Positions 13,470 through 25,894 of a stretch of DNA of 64,000 nt are shown one piece after another; the stretch's first letter is position 1, and every line of letters starts with the position of its first letter. The notes beneath the pieces were generated by a model. That model was not told the origin of the DNA and searched no databases. It saw nothing but the letters and a program-made list of their open reading frames with translations. Location: NCBI RefSeq assembly GCF_963921235.1, contig NC_086097.1:93560001-93624000 (forward strand). The letters run 5' to 3'. The translations under genes and the position numbers were made by a program. This stretch comes from Mobula hypostoma. Lineage: Eukaryota.

Positions 13470-15040
13470 AGTACACCCTATCCTCGTTATATGTGTCTTC
13501 AGACAATGTGGATTCACAGTATCCGAGGAACGAGGAACCTATTTCTACCAACTTCTCGTTATATGCATCCAAAACTCACAGTTATGCTTTCCCGCCAATA
13601 CAAGTCATGTGTGCATGCCTCACAGTCTCACTGTTGGGACGAGAAGCACCGCTTTCTCACCAATACAAGTCACGTGCGCACGCCTCACAATCTCACTCCC
13701 ACCAGTCTTGCATTGGTTTTGGCAATATGTGGATGTGTGATCTTGCACTCTTAAAACGTTTTTATCTATGGTGCAGTGATTTTGTGCTTGAAATATTTAA
13801 CTATGCCTCCTAAGCGTCTGATGTCAAGTCCTGGGCCATCAGCCAAGCCACAGAGAACTGCTTTAACACTTGAAAAAAAGTCAGAAATTATAAACAGGTG
13901 AAGGTAACACAGCTCTGGGACGCTACTCTTTGCAGTTGCGGGCTATGATAGCTGAGTTAGGCATCACACCAAAGCAGGTGTTTAATGCAGACGAGACCGG
14001 GCTTTCCTAGAAGTGTATGCCAAAACGCACTTATATAATTAAGGATGAAAAAAACTGCGTCAGGTTTCAAGGCAACAAAGGATAGATTGACTTTGCTTAT
14101 GTTTTCCAATGCCGAAGGAGACTGTAAAATGAAGCCTCTCTTAGTTTACCATTCACTAAACCCCCGTGCTCTTAAGGGTTTGAGTAAGAATATGCTTCCT
14201 GCGCACTGGGCAGCTAACAAGAAAGCATGGGTCACTGGTCAAACCTTTGAAGATTGGTTTGCTAATCATTTTGCTGTAGAGGCTGAACGCTACTGCCGGG
14301 AACAGAATCTTGCCTTTAAAGTTCTTTTGTTGCTTGACAATGCACCAGGCCATCCTTAACATTTGGACAGCATTCATCCTAAGATAACAGTGCGCTTCTT
14401 GCCACCTAACACAACACCACTGATTCAACCACTCGACCAGGGTGTGATATCCACATTCAAGGCATATTTTTTTACGGCGAACTGTCTCTCAGATGCTGCA
14501 AGCAACAGACGATTTTGAAAATCCCGGGAGTTTACCTTCTTCCCTGCAAGCCAATTTATGCTGAAAAACAAAATGCTGCCAAGCAAACAACCCTCACCAC
14601 TTTCTTCAAACCGGTGTCATCTCCTGCTGCCGGCAGTACTGAGAGTTCTGTGAGTCTTCCTTCACCCCTTGCTGTCCTTGATGATCCTGACAACACACAA
14701 CCATCCATCTCATCCACGTAAAGTTGCCCAACACAACAACAACCACTCATCTCCCGGAACGAACCCACCTGCCACTGTTGGCGAGTACTGTACACCCTAG
14801 TATGTTAACTTTCTATGATTTATTACGATGAATATAACCTGAAATTGATGAAATATAATACGCATATTGCCTTGTGGTACTGCTTTTGTGTTGTATTGGT
14901 ATGAAAATGTGAATAAGTTAGATAAAACGTATTTAGGAAGCCTCCAGAATGCATCCCTAATTTCTCCATTTAATTAATTTTTCACATTATGCGTCGACTT
15001 CGAGGAGCGTATCCCCTGCATATAACGAGGATAGGGTGTA
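13470..15040 (+). mobile_element. Tigger/pogo DNA transposon (internally deleted) nested in the Gypsy integrase
   Basis: Perfect 20-bp inverted ends CACCCTATCCTCGTTATATG (13474-13493) and CATATAACGAGGATAGGGTG (15019-15038). DDE_1 motifs KDRLTLL, KKAWVT, LLLLDNAPGHP, PPNTTPLIQPLDQG. Confidence 0.9.
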
Positions 15041-15507
15041 AATCAGCAAGGAGCCTAGAGGTTAGACAAGAAGTCCGAGCGTGTGATTGTCGAGAAGACA
15101 AGTGGACACCCGGAAGGATAACTACAAGAACCACTGATGTACACAGTGGATTTTGAAGATCAGACATGGAGACGTCATGTGGACCAGATACTAGATGCTC
15201 AGCCGAAGAACACAGCTGAACTGAATGTATCCAACAGAATAGATACATTGCATTCACCGAAATTACCTCTCAGTGACGATCATGTCACTAAAAGCAACGT
15301 GACATCTGCAGCAGAGAAAGTTGTCTTTCACATGTCACCCAGCCAAACATGGTGCCAATCCACAGGTACAAAGACACTATCCTGAAAGAAACGGAGTGCC
15401 ACCCAAAAGACTGAATCTTTAGTATTGTGAAGCTATTTATGAAATGTTACTGTAAAAGCATGTTTATCTGAATATGGTTTGTTAAAGGGAAATTGAATGT
15501 TCAATAG

Positions 15508-16040
15508 GTTTCAAAGGTACATTTAATGTCAGAGAAATGTATAAAATATACATCCTAAAATTCTTTTCCTTCACAAACATCCAGGAAAACACAGTGCCCC
15601 AAAGAATGAATGACAATTAAATGTTAGAACCCCAAAGCACCCCCCCAGTTCCTCCCTCCCATGCATAAACAGTAGCAAGGCAACGAACCCCCTCCCAACC
15701 CCCACCAGCAAAAAAAAGCATCAGCGCCATCCACCGAGCACTCAAGCATGCAGCAAAGCACCAATAAAGCCACAAACTGGCAGTACAGGTACCCCAAAAA
15801 CTGTACATTCACCCGGTAATTCGACTTATCGCAAGCACGCTCTCTCTCTCCTTATAAGGGAAAAAGGGATGTCCCTGTTTCACAGTGTGAGGGGAGACAT
15901 AACTAACAACTCACTGATTTACGATGTTAAAAGCCTGTTGCGTTGCTTTTCTCGAGCTCTATGCCCAGAGAAGTCAGCATCTAGAAGCTGCATCTCTCGG
16001 GACACACAGCCTGCAGCTAACCTGCTGCTTCTGATGTTTT
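15508..16040 (-). mobile_element. Unclassified retroposon-like insertion in the Gypsy 3' region
   Basis: Interrupts the Gypsy 3' untranslated region; minus strand ends ...CTGACATTAAATGTACCTTTGAAACCT, a tail similar to that at about 59500-59540. Confidence 0.45.
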
Positions 16041-16289
16041 GTTACATTAATCTAAAGGCAGAGGAAGTGTGATGTATGGATCTGCTTACTGACTGATAAC
16101 TTACCCATGCACATTGATCTGTTGTTCTCTCTCACCAAAGTGAATATACCAGTTAACTTCACTTCTACGTGTGTGTGTGCTTTTATTTAATTGATACGTA
16201 GTTGTACAGATGCAAACCATTCCCGTGTCAGGTGTACATTTGTCCATTTCCTGCATCATGAGCCTCTTAAATGTTTTTAATCATTAAAA

Positions 16290-16900
16290 AAAAACTTTTC
16301 TCATAAATCTCGTTAAAAGTTTCCACCTCTCCTTATGGTCTCCATTCCTTCTCACCTTATGATCTCCAGTCCTTGACATCCCACAAGGAGAAAAAGATGC
16401 TGTCTATTTACCCTATCTAGACCTCTCATAGTTTTATAAACTTCTATCAAGTTGTTTTTCAGCCTCTGATGCTTCGGAGAAAACATCCCAAGTTTCTTCA
16501 ACCTCTCCCAATAGCTAATACTTACTAATCCTGATGAATCTCTTCAACACCCTCTACAAAGCCTTTGTGTCCTTCCTGTAATGCAGTGACCAGAGGTGCA
16601 CACAATGTTCCAAGTGTGGCCTGAAGTTCTAAATTGCTACAAATCGACAGCCCAACTTTTATATACAACATTCCAGCCTTTGACGGCAAGTACGGTGTGT
16701 GCCTTCTGACCTTCCCAACCACTTGTGTTGCCAATTTGAGTGAACTCTGGACTTGCACCACAAGATCTCTCCGTACATCGATATTCCCAAGTGCTCTGCT
16801 GCCTAGTGTACTCTTCCTTCTTGTATTTGACCTCCCGGATGTGCAGCTCCTCTCACTTATCCAAACCGAACTCCATCTGCCACTTCTTTGCACGCATTTC
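16290..16900 (-). mobile_element. Old CR1-type LINE 3' fragment (partly duplicated at 9052-9378)
   Basis: Degenerate RT-tail motifs RRDLVVQVQSSLK; 3' region resembles that of the CR1 at 36900-37590. Confidence 0.65.
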
Positions 16901-17294
16901 CATCTTTATGCCATGGTTTCCTAAAGTCAGGAATGCAGTATTTCTGTAATTTCAGTGTGGGAGGTGTGCTGCAGTTTTATAGAATGTTAGGTGTCCCTCA
17001 GTGACTTCCTACCACGTGTTCTTCACAAATGCAAATTTTAGCAAAGTAATTTCATTCTAGAAAGCCTCAGGGTGAACTTATACAATGACAAAGTCAACCA
17101 GTGGTTTATTATTAGTTGTCACCGCAGTGAAAAACTAGATTTTTTCATGCCAAAGTGTTGCATTTCAATAACCTCTAGAGGACAGTGTTTCTCCAGAACT
17201 GGCATTCTTTCATCACTAGGAATGTTCTGAGGTTGAAGTCGTAGGGAGATACAACACTAAACAGACCCAGCCCACCAAATCCACATGTTGATGC

Positions 17295-18340
17295 TCACTG
17301 TCTCACATCAACTCTTCTCGGGCTTCCAGCTGGGTCCAGGTGTCAATTTTAACCAAAGTTTCGATGACAAAATCCGCCATCTTCATTGGGGTGATGCCTA
17401 TGCAAGTCTGGTGGTATATACAGTCAACTCCCGTCATCCATCCCTCCTGATTTGTTAGTACTCAACAATCTGGTTTCCACTCTTGTTTACAATCTTATAC
17501 CATTTCTTACTTAGAGCGAGACCTTCATCCTTCTTGAGATTCTTACTCTCGTCTTATTTCAACGGCTTCCTTCACTAGGTGATCTCACAGTAGTTCTGTG
17601 CCATCAAAGTCAATCCTGTGGTCAATGTAAATGCAATGTTCTGCTGCTGCCGATTTCTCCGGGAAACCCAAACGGATGCACTTCCTTTGTTCCTTGATGC
17701 GGGTTTCCACCGCCCGTCCCATCTGGCCAATATACGCTGTTCCGCATTCACAGGGAATCCTGTGAACGCCAGCTGGCCTGAGTCCCAGGTCACCTTTGAC
17801 CCACATAAGCTGTGATTTGAGTTTCCTTACGGGTTTGTGGAAGGTATTTATCCTGGTGATCCTTCCAAAAACCATGGAAATATAAAGATATGTGAATACA
17901 CCCTCAAGAAGCATCAGAGGTGTATCCATTTGGGTTACGCGGAGAACTCAGCAGTAGCAGAAGATTGCATTCACAATGGCCATAGGATTGACTTTGACAG
18001 AACTACTGTGCCACACCAATGGCTTTTGGGACCTGGTGAAGGAAGCCATAGAAATAAAACTGGAGAATAAGAATTTCGAGAAAGACAAAGGTTTCGCTCA
18101 AGTAAGAACTGGAATATGATTTTATACAAGGTGGGACAGCAGAAACCTGATTGGCTGAGGATTAACCAATCAGGAGAGACAGATGATGGGAGTTGAGTAT
18201 GTATACCACCAGACTAGACATGTTTAGGCCTTAGTAGATGGCAGAGTTTGTCATTGAAACATCGGTTAAAATCGACTGTTGGACCCGGCTGGAAACCCAA
18301 GAAAGGTTTATGTGTCATATTATCGCAGGGAAAGCACTAG
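17295..18340. mobile_element. Penelope-like element of a second family, as an inverted pair of 3' fragments
   Basis: Minus ORF 17585-17929 has GVHRIPCECGTAYIGQMGRAVETRIKE (GIY-YIG); 17900-18340 repeats the 3' part on the + strand. Confidence 0.8.
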
Positions 18341-18765
18341 ATTCTTGCACATTCTGTCCTTACCCATCTTATTCTCTCCGCATTGGCATAAACTCTCCGC
18401 AGATTCTCCCTCTCATGTACATACTGGGGATAATTGAGGTGTACAGTTAATCTAGGGTCTTGGACCAAAACGTTGACTGTTTATTCCCCTCTATAAATGC
18501 TGAGTTCCTCCAGCATTTTGTGTGTGTTGCTTAAGATTTCCAGCATCTGCAAGAATCTCTTGTGTTTAGGTTATACAAACCTACATGCCTTGGTGATGTG
18601 GGAAGGAACTGGAGCACCCAGGAAAAACTCACACAATCACAGGAAGATAATAAACTCCGCTCAGCGAAAATAGCTTCTATCCTGAACAGATCAGGTTTAA
18701 AACACTTAGGTGATAATATTCAGCAATCTAATAACTGGTCCTAGGCCTTGTGGGACTGTGAAGAT

Positions 18766-19997
18766 CAGGGGTTCCCAACCTAGCGTTCACGGACCCCTCG
18801 GTTAATGGTAGTGTCATGGTCCGGTCCGTGAAGTCTGCATTCCGGTTCGTGGTCCGGTCCATAGACTCAGGACTCCGGGTCTTCCAGCTGTCCCTCGTTT
18901 GGGTGAGTTAATCCTAGGCACCTGATTCCCATCTTGCGGCTTGGAATATAAGTAGCCTTGGGATTGAGTGGGGGCTGCTGGTTTGTCTTGTCAGTCCCCC
19001 TTGGAGCAACCTGCTGATGGAAGGTTAGTGAAACCATTTGTGATCTCTAGGCCTGTTTGGAGGACCACTGCTTCATGGAGCCTTGTTGCCACTCGTTGGA
19101 TTAGTCTTTGTGGTATGGATTTGGCTGCTTCCTGGGCCAGCTGAGTGGCTGTTAGCCACTCTGAGCCAGGTACGGATCTGGCTGTTTCTGTAGCCAGCTG
19201 AGGTTGCTGGCTGTAACTGTGACTTGGAGCTTCCCCAGAGCAGAGATGGAACTGTCTGTTGTTCTTTGGTGTTTGTCTCTTCTTGTCCTTGCCTTTGTGG
19301 GGTAAATAAGGCTATTCTGCTGTTGCCTTGTGGGGGGGGGGGGGGAGGGAACATGTCTTTGCCTTTGTTGGGTAAGTCTGGCTGTTCTGCCATTACCCAA
19401 CAGGTGGACCTGTCCCACCTTGGTGTGGAGAGGTTGAGTCCTGGCTTGTCTAAGTCCTGGCTTTATGTCTATGTACTGTTCTGTCTCATGTTAATGATGA
19501 GTCCTGGCTTTTCGAAGGAGAAGTCCTGGCTCTAGCTTGATGTTCAGTTCCCAGTCTGTGTCTCAGCTCCAGTCTCCGAGTTATCAGCCTCTGCATTCCA
19601 AGCCTGGAGGACCCTGCGGCCAGGCCCCACGAACCCTAGCCTCATGGACTCCAAGCCAAGCTCAAGACCCAAGACCCCAGCCTGCAGTCATGTCAAGTCC
19701 TTGCCTGGTTCTGGGGTCCGAGCCCGAGGCAAGACCCAGGTTCTGGGTCCTTGTCCAGTCTCGGGCTCGGAGTTGAAGCCTTGCCTCCTAGTCCATGGTT
19801 TCTAGTCCTGGTCCCGCTTTCCCTAGCCCAAGTCTGCGTTCTTGTTCCTGCTCCTGGTCTGTATCCTGTCACGTCCCTACTCTAGTCAAGTCCTGTTCCT
19901 TGTACTTCAGTGTCTGTGTCTTGCATTTGGGTCCGTTCCCAGCACCCCACTGTGACAGGTAGGGGTCCATGGCATAAAAAAAGCTTGGGAAACCCTG
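18766..19997. mobile_element. hAT (Charlie/MER5-like) MITE split by a solo LTR
   Basis: Ends CAGGGGTTCCCAA and TTGGGAAACCCTG; 8-bp flanks GTGAAGAT/GCGTAGAT (6 of 8 match); halves match the uninterrupted copy at 40811-40876. Confidence 0.75.
18812..19957. mobile_element. Probable solo LTR (1146 bp)
   Basis: TGTCA...TGACA termini, perfect 5-bp TSD GGTAG (18807-18811 and 19958-19962), internal degenerate short repeats, no recognisable coding capacity. Confidence 0.8.
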
Positions 19998-20487
19998 GCG
20001 TAGATGCCGAGTAAAATAGCCCTGCTCGTGTTCCTATGGATTTGCAAAAACTGTCTGCATGTGAGTTGTGCTTGGATTCACTCTTGTCGTGCAGACTGTA
20101 ATGCTATTTCTTCCCCACGATCACTCATTGCCACCAGATAGATTTCATGCTGTAATTGCAAATTATTAACATGAGAGGTTCTACAGAAGCTGGAAATCCA
20201 GAGCAATACACATGGGAGGAACTCTGCAGGTCAGGCAGCATCTATGGAAATAAATAAACAGTTAGTGTTTCAGACTGAGACCCTTCAGGAGAGAAGAATG
20301 GTCTCGTCCCAAAACGCTGACTGTTCATTCATTTCTATAGATGATGCCTGACCTGTTGTATTGCGAGTCATTGCCTAGTTGTGTGGTGCTGCTTATCATG
20401 TTTAGGTGGCAGGGAATGGACTGGAAGTGGACTGCATTCCTTAGTTCCAAACACATTCCAGTTGGAAACTATGAACGGATATTCTAA

Positions 20488-21453
20488 CAGATAGATAGAC
20501 ATACTTTATTGATCCCGAGGGAAACTGGGTTTCCTTACAGCCGCACCAACCAAAAATAGAGCGTTAAAAATATAGCAATACAAAAACCACAAACAATCAA
20601 ACAACAAAATGCAAACTATGCCAGATGGAAAATAAGTCCAGGACCAGCCTATTGGCTCAGGGTGTCTGACCCTCCACGGGAGGAGCTGCAAGTTCGATGG
20701 CCACAGGCAGGAATGACCTTCCGTGCCACCCAGTGTTGTATCTCGGTGGAATATGGCCGAAGTCCAACAGTAAAAAGTTCAATATCCGGTCTACAAACAT
20801 GTTCCTCGATCGTAATATGACCCGGATTGCACCATCAGAACAGTAAGCACCCAACTCCTTTATGCTTACCGCTCTCGGTGCACTTCCGGTCAGCTGGAAC
20901 GGTCTGGAAGCCGTCCATGGAGAAGTTTTGATCAGGTATGTCCTCGTGCAGCCCCATTCCAGTGAAACACATAACACTGCACTCCCGAAATGTTCTCTGA
21001 CACCTGGCTAGCGCCGTGAACTCGTCCATTTTAATACCCACCGAACTCCTCTTCTCCATAAGTCTCTGTTGTCTCGACCTGGTCCTCTTTCCTCGACCTT
21101 GTGATTCCCCCCTCTGCATCCTCTGTGTGTTTTCCTCCAGATTTCAGCAGGGGTGTCCACCGCTCTGCTCGCTAAACTGGCCGGCATAAGCGCAAGCAGC
21201 TGGTCCCTGGAATACACAATGCGACCTTGCTTCTGTCCCACTAATGAGACATGTCGGAATGTAACTATTTCCGGCGCTTAAATCCCAAATAAAACTCTCT
21301 CCACCAGCATGTTAGAGAGGGTGCAGCTTCAATGTGTTACTGTGCAAAAAAAAAATACAAAACATAACGTAAGTTTAAAAAAGTAAGAAGAAAAAGGTAA
21401 GAATAGTCTGGAACGGCTGTAACAGGCTGCATGCACGACCGGCGCATGCGCAC
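20488..21453 (-). mobile_element. Internally deleted Rex1/Babar-like LINE derivative
   Basis: Retains a 5' ORF start (MGQKQGRIVYSRDQLLAL), an endonuclease fragment (KMDEF...CSVMCFT...DGFQTVPADR), the 3' RSFLPVAI motif and an (ATCT)n tail; no RT core. Confidence 0.65.
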
Positions 21454-22143
21454 TAAGATCTGCCTCCATGTTGGGGGGGTTAGGTGGAAGTGAAGTTCAC
21501 AGGCCTGAACAGCATTGTTGCCCATTTACATCAGTCAAGGTTTTCTGTAGAACCCATGATAGCTGTGAACTGCCTCGAGTCCATGCTGAGGTCCGGGAAG
21601 AACTCCAAACCCTTGCCGGAACTAAAGAAGTCCAACTAGGAAGGACGGGCTTGGGTATGCTTTGGACAGAGCCTGGCCCTATAATTTGGTCAAGACCCTT
21701 AGTGAAGGATGTTCTTCTCCCCAGCCTCTCTTTCTCCCCATTTCCCCCACGCCCCCTTCCTCTTGCTGCAGGTGCCATTTGGCCAAATATGCCTCACCAA
21801 CATTTTTGACAGAGTTAACCAATTACCTCACTTAACACAGTGCATTCCAAGAGCTTAATTTACTGAACAAACTAACTTGTGGGTAATTGTTCACTTGAAA
21901 CAGTTTCTTTCTTGTTGCTCAGAAACCTGTAGAACAGAGAGCAATAATCTGGCTCTTCAGTTTGTTCGCTAAAGCTGTCTTTCTCTCTCCACAGATGCTA
22001 CCTGGCCTGCTGAGTACTTCCAGCAATGGTGTTGTTTCTGTCACCGGTATCTCCAGGTTCCTTTTTGAGTTTCAATTCACTTTTTTATTATTTATGTTAT
22101 GGCTGATATACACCTTATCTCCATATTACTAGACTCTGAAATA

Positions 22144-23416
22144 CAGTACACCCTATCCTCGTTATATGCATCTTCAGACAATGTGGATTCACAGTTATGC
22201 GAGGAACCTATTTCTCGTATGCATCTAAAACTCTCAGTTATGCGAGGAGCACTGCTTTCCCGCCAATACAATTCAGGTGTGTGTGCCACACAGCCTCACT
22301 CCCGCCAGTCTCGCATTGGTTTTGGCAACATGTGGATGTGCGATCTTATGCTCTTAAACTTTTGTTGGTTTTACCTACAGTACAGTGATTTTGTGCTTGA
22401 AATATTTAACTATGCCTCCTAAGTGTCCGATGTCATGTCCTGGGCCATCAGCCAAGTGGCAGAGAACCACTTTAATACTTCAAAAAAGTTGAAAATTATA
22501 AACAGCGCGGCATCAGCTGAAGGAAACACAGCTCTGGGACGCCACTGCCGGGAACAGAATCTCGCCTTTAAAGTTCTTTTGTTGCTTGACAATGCGCCAG
22601 CCCATCCTTAACATTTGGACAGCATTCATCCTAACATAACAGTGCATTTCCTGCTGCCTAGCACAACATCGCTGATTCAACCACTCAACCGGTGTAATCC
22701 ACATTCAAGGCGCTTTTTTTTTCACAGCGAACTATCTCTCAGATGCTGCAAGCAACGGACAATTTTGAAAATCCTGGGAGTTTACCAACGGTGAGGAAAT
22801 GGTGGAAGTCGGAACACTTGGCACAAATGGCGATGGACATGGACCCACGTTTAGAATGGAGTCAGCACTTCAGTCATTCCCTGCCGCCAACCCTTCTTCC
22901 CTACGAGCAAATTTATGCTGAAAAACAAAATGCTGCCAAGCAAACAACCCTCACCACTTTCTTCAAACCGGTGTCGTCTCCTGCTGCCGGCAGTTCTGAG
23001 AGTTCTGTGAGTCTTCCTTCACCCCTTGCTGTCCTTGATGATCCTGACAACACACAACCATCCATCTCATCCACGTAAAGCTGCCCGACACCACAACAAC
23101 CACTCATCTCCCGGAGCGAACACACTAGCCACTGTTGGTGAGTACTGTACACCAGAGGATGTTAACTTTCCATGATTTATTATATTGAATATTACCTGAA
23201 ATTGATGAAATAATACAAATGTTGCCTTGTGGTACTGCTTTTGTGGCGTATTGGTATGAAAATGTGAATAAATTACAGATAAAACATATTTAGGAAGCCC
23301 TCTGGAACACATCCCTATTTTCTCCGTTTAAATAATTATTCACATTATGCGATTTCACATTATGCGTCGACTGCAAGGAATGTATCCCCCGCATATGATG
23401 AGGATAAGGTGTACTG
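22144..23416 (+). mobile_element. Tigger/pogo DNA transposon, second deleted copy of the same family
   Basis: TIRs CAGTACACCCTATCCTC... and ...GAGGATAAGGTGTACTG flanked by TA on both sides; high similarity to 13470-15040 with different internal deletions. Confidence 0.9.
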
Positions 23417-23459
23417 TACAAATCTGCAGAGTTTCTCTAGTTTGTGATTGTGATAAGGC

Positions 23460-23461
<2 letters not shown>

Positions 23462-23521
<60 letters not shown>
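23462..23521. repeat. (CA)n microsatellite, about 30 units
   Basis: Directly visible. Confidence 0.97.
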
Positions 23522-23525
<4 letters not shown>

Positions 23526-24482
23526 AGCTCCCGTGTGTTGGAGAGTACTGCATATTATGTCTTTCCAGTTACCAAATAACACTTATCACTTCTTTGCTAG
23601 TACAAAGCTAAGTCCTCTTATTTCTGTTTCCCAATCACCTTCCTATTTTAACCAACATACAGAACTGTGCAAAAGTCTTGGGTACCATAACTATATGCAG
23701 AACGGTATATTTAAATATTGAATGTGTTCTTCCTTGCAGTCAGGCAGGTGAGGTGATTTCCATCATTTGATGCATATGAACTTGCAAATGAATAATCTCA
23801 ATGGTGAAATCAGGTATCGCCTGTCATGCATTACCTGTGCGAAGTTGAGGGGTACGACCCACTGTATAAATGATCTGGTAAGACAAAGAACTATTTTGCT
23901 TGGCATAATAAATTGAGGCGAAAGTTCCATAAGGTCCAGCTTGTTGTAAGGATCTCACTGGATGAAAGAACAATACAGTGAATTGGAACGGAGGCCAAGG
24001 CACACAGTTGTTTCAACAGGGTTTTATGTTGAATTTATTTTTGATAATCCTGGAGTATTTGGGTTGCATAAATCATAAAGTCAAACAGCATTGAAAAACT
24101 GAAAAGTCAATTTGCACTAATCCCTACATTCCCATCAACTCACTCCCCTGCCCCCTATTCTACCAATTACCAGGAGTTGTTTACAGTGGTCAATTCATCT
24201 TCCAATTCTTTGGGATGTGGGAGAGGATGGGGATGCAGTCTCAGGCAGAACATGCGGACTCCACAGAGCTAGCACTGGAGGTAACTGGAGTTGTGAGGCA
24301 GCAGGACTGTGTGTTTCACTCAGCACTCTGCTGCCTGGTAGGGCTGAAGGGGTTAAAATTGAGTCCAGTATCACTGTTTATTCAGACATGAGAGAATTCC
24401 ATAATTTGCTGTGATGGCAAATGAAATGTTGTAGATGTTTGTAAAATGACTTTCAAATCTCTTACTAACTCTTCCTTCAGTT

Positions 24483-24518
24483 AGTCCTGACGAAGGGTCT
24501 CGACCTGAAACGTCGACT
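24483..24518 (+). ncRNA. Minimal type I hammerhead ribozyme motif in a Penelope-like terminal fragment (about 24450-24575)
   Basis: AGTC-CTGACGA-AGGGTCTCGACCT-GAAAC-GTC-GACT: intact core, stem I AGTC/GACT, slightly altered stem II. Confidence 0.65.
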
Positions 24519-25239
24519 GTACCTCTTCCTAGAGATGCTGCCTGGCCTGCTGCATTCACCAGCAACTTTGATGTGAGTTGTAGATGTTACTGTGATCCTG
24601 ATGCACAGTCATCGGAAATCGAAGTGTGTTCATGGCCTTGGCCAAGTTTATATTCTGTCCAAGCTTGGAGATATTCCATGTTGTGTAAATACATTGTGAT
24701 AATGTGTGTGTTTGAATATGAATACTTTATATTACAAAGTCCTTGTACATTGCAGCAGGCCTTTGCCAATTCATGAGAAGAATTATCCACTCTATTTCAG
24801 CCAATGCCTCAAGAACTTAATCCACCACGAAGGCTTCCAGATCTGGTTACTTGTACATCTTAAATCTAAATAAATGCTCATGCCTTGAATAGACTTTGCA
24901 GTGGAGTAGTACCAAGGAGACAAGAAGTTGCAGATGCTGGAATCTAGAGCAACAAACAATCTACTGGAGGAACTCAGCAGGGCAAACAGCATCTCTAGGC
25001 GAAAAGGGATTGTCGATGTTTTGAGTCAAATCCTGCATCAGAAGCCCATGGAACATGAGTCAATAACATACCTCTTTCAGCTTACTCTGTCATTCAATTG
25101 GAACATAGCTGAACTGTACCTCATCCTTATTTTGCCTGCCTATGAAATGTATCCTCTTCTTCGTCTTGTTTTACGGCAGTTGGCACCCAGTTTAATGGTG
25201 CATTACTGCCACCTTCTGCTCTGGAGTGTGCAATAGACT

Positions 25240-25660
25240 TGCATTCTCTCTCTCGCTCTTTTTTTTCCCCCCCCTCCCCTCAGCCATCCTAGTACCCTAT
25301 TCCTGCTTATCCTCTGTACCCCTTAAAGCTAAAAATACCCTGACCTGTGCTCTCTCACCCGTGCCCAGCAACCCTTTTAATGTGAATTCCTGCACCCCCA
25401 ACTCCCTTAGGTTAATATGTAACCCATACTTCCTGCAACTCAGAACTACATGTTCTACTGACTCTTCCTGATATTCCTCACACAATCCTGTCTGGTGTTT
25501 CCTTAGCATTTTCAATGTTTTGTTTAATGCACAGTGCCCCAGCCTTAACCTAGTCCACACAGTCTCCTCTTCTGTATCCACTATGTACCCTCATACCTGC
25601 AACAGTTTTTTGTATTTGATATAAATGCCTCCCTGTCCCATCTTTCTTGCCACATTTGGT
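25240..25660 (-). mobile_element. I/Nimb-like LINE 3' fragment
   Basis: TRLRLGHCALN...GLCEEYQEESVEHVVLSCRKY, a degenerate C-terminal CCHC region typical of I-group elements. Confidence 0.6.
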
Positions 25661-25894
25661 TGATTCCCCCCCCCCCGAGAATATGTGCAAAACAGATTGC
25701 GGCTCAGAACCTAGCAGAGACCTTGAAAATTAAAGATGTAATGAGTTTATCCTTGAAGAGGGAGACCAGACTATGGATCATAAATACAAGGTGACCACTC
25801 ACAAACCAGTTGGACAAACAGGAGAAATATCTTGAGCATCTGGAACTTGTTACAAGGAGTAGTTGAAGTGAATGTTGTGTTTAAAAGCTAGTAA

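Larger units (their letters stand above)
9386..16216 (+). mobile_element. Full-length degenerate Ty3/Gypsy LTR retrotransposon with nested insertions
   Basis: Related short LTRs at 9386-9565 and 16068-about 16216; PBS-like TGGCAGCAAG after the 5' LTR; purine tract 16054-16067. gag from about 9790 (DWESYV...), protease LDTG, RT (FGVTSAPAIWQR, YLDD, KCEFF), RNase H (VCDAS, TDHQPL), integrase (SAPHHPATNGLA). Many stops and frameshifts. Confidence 0.9.
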
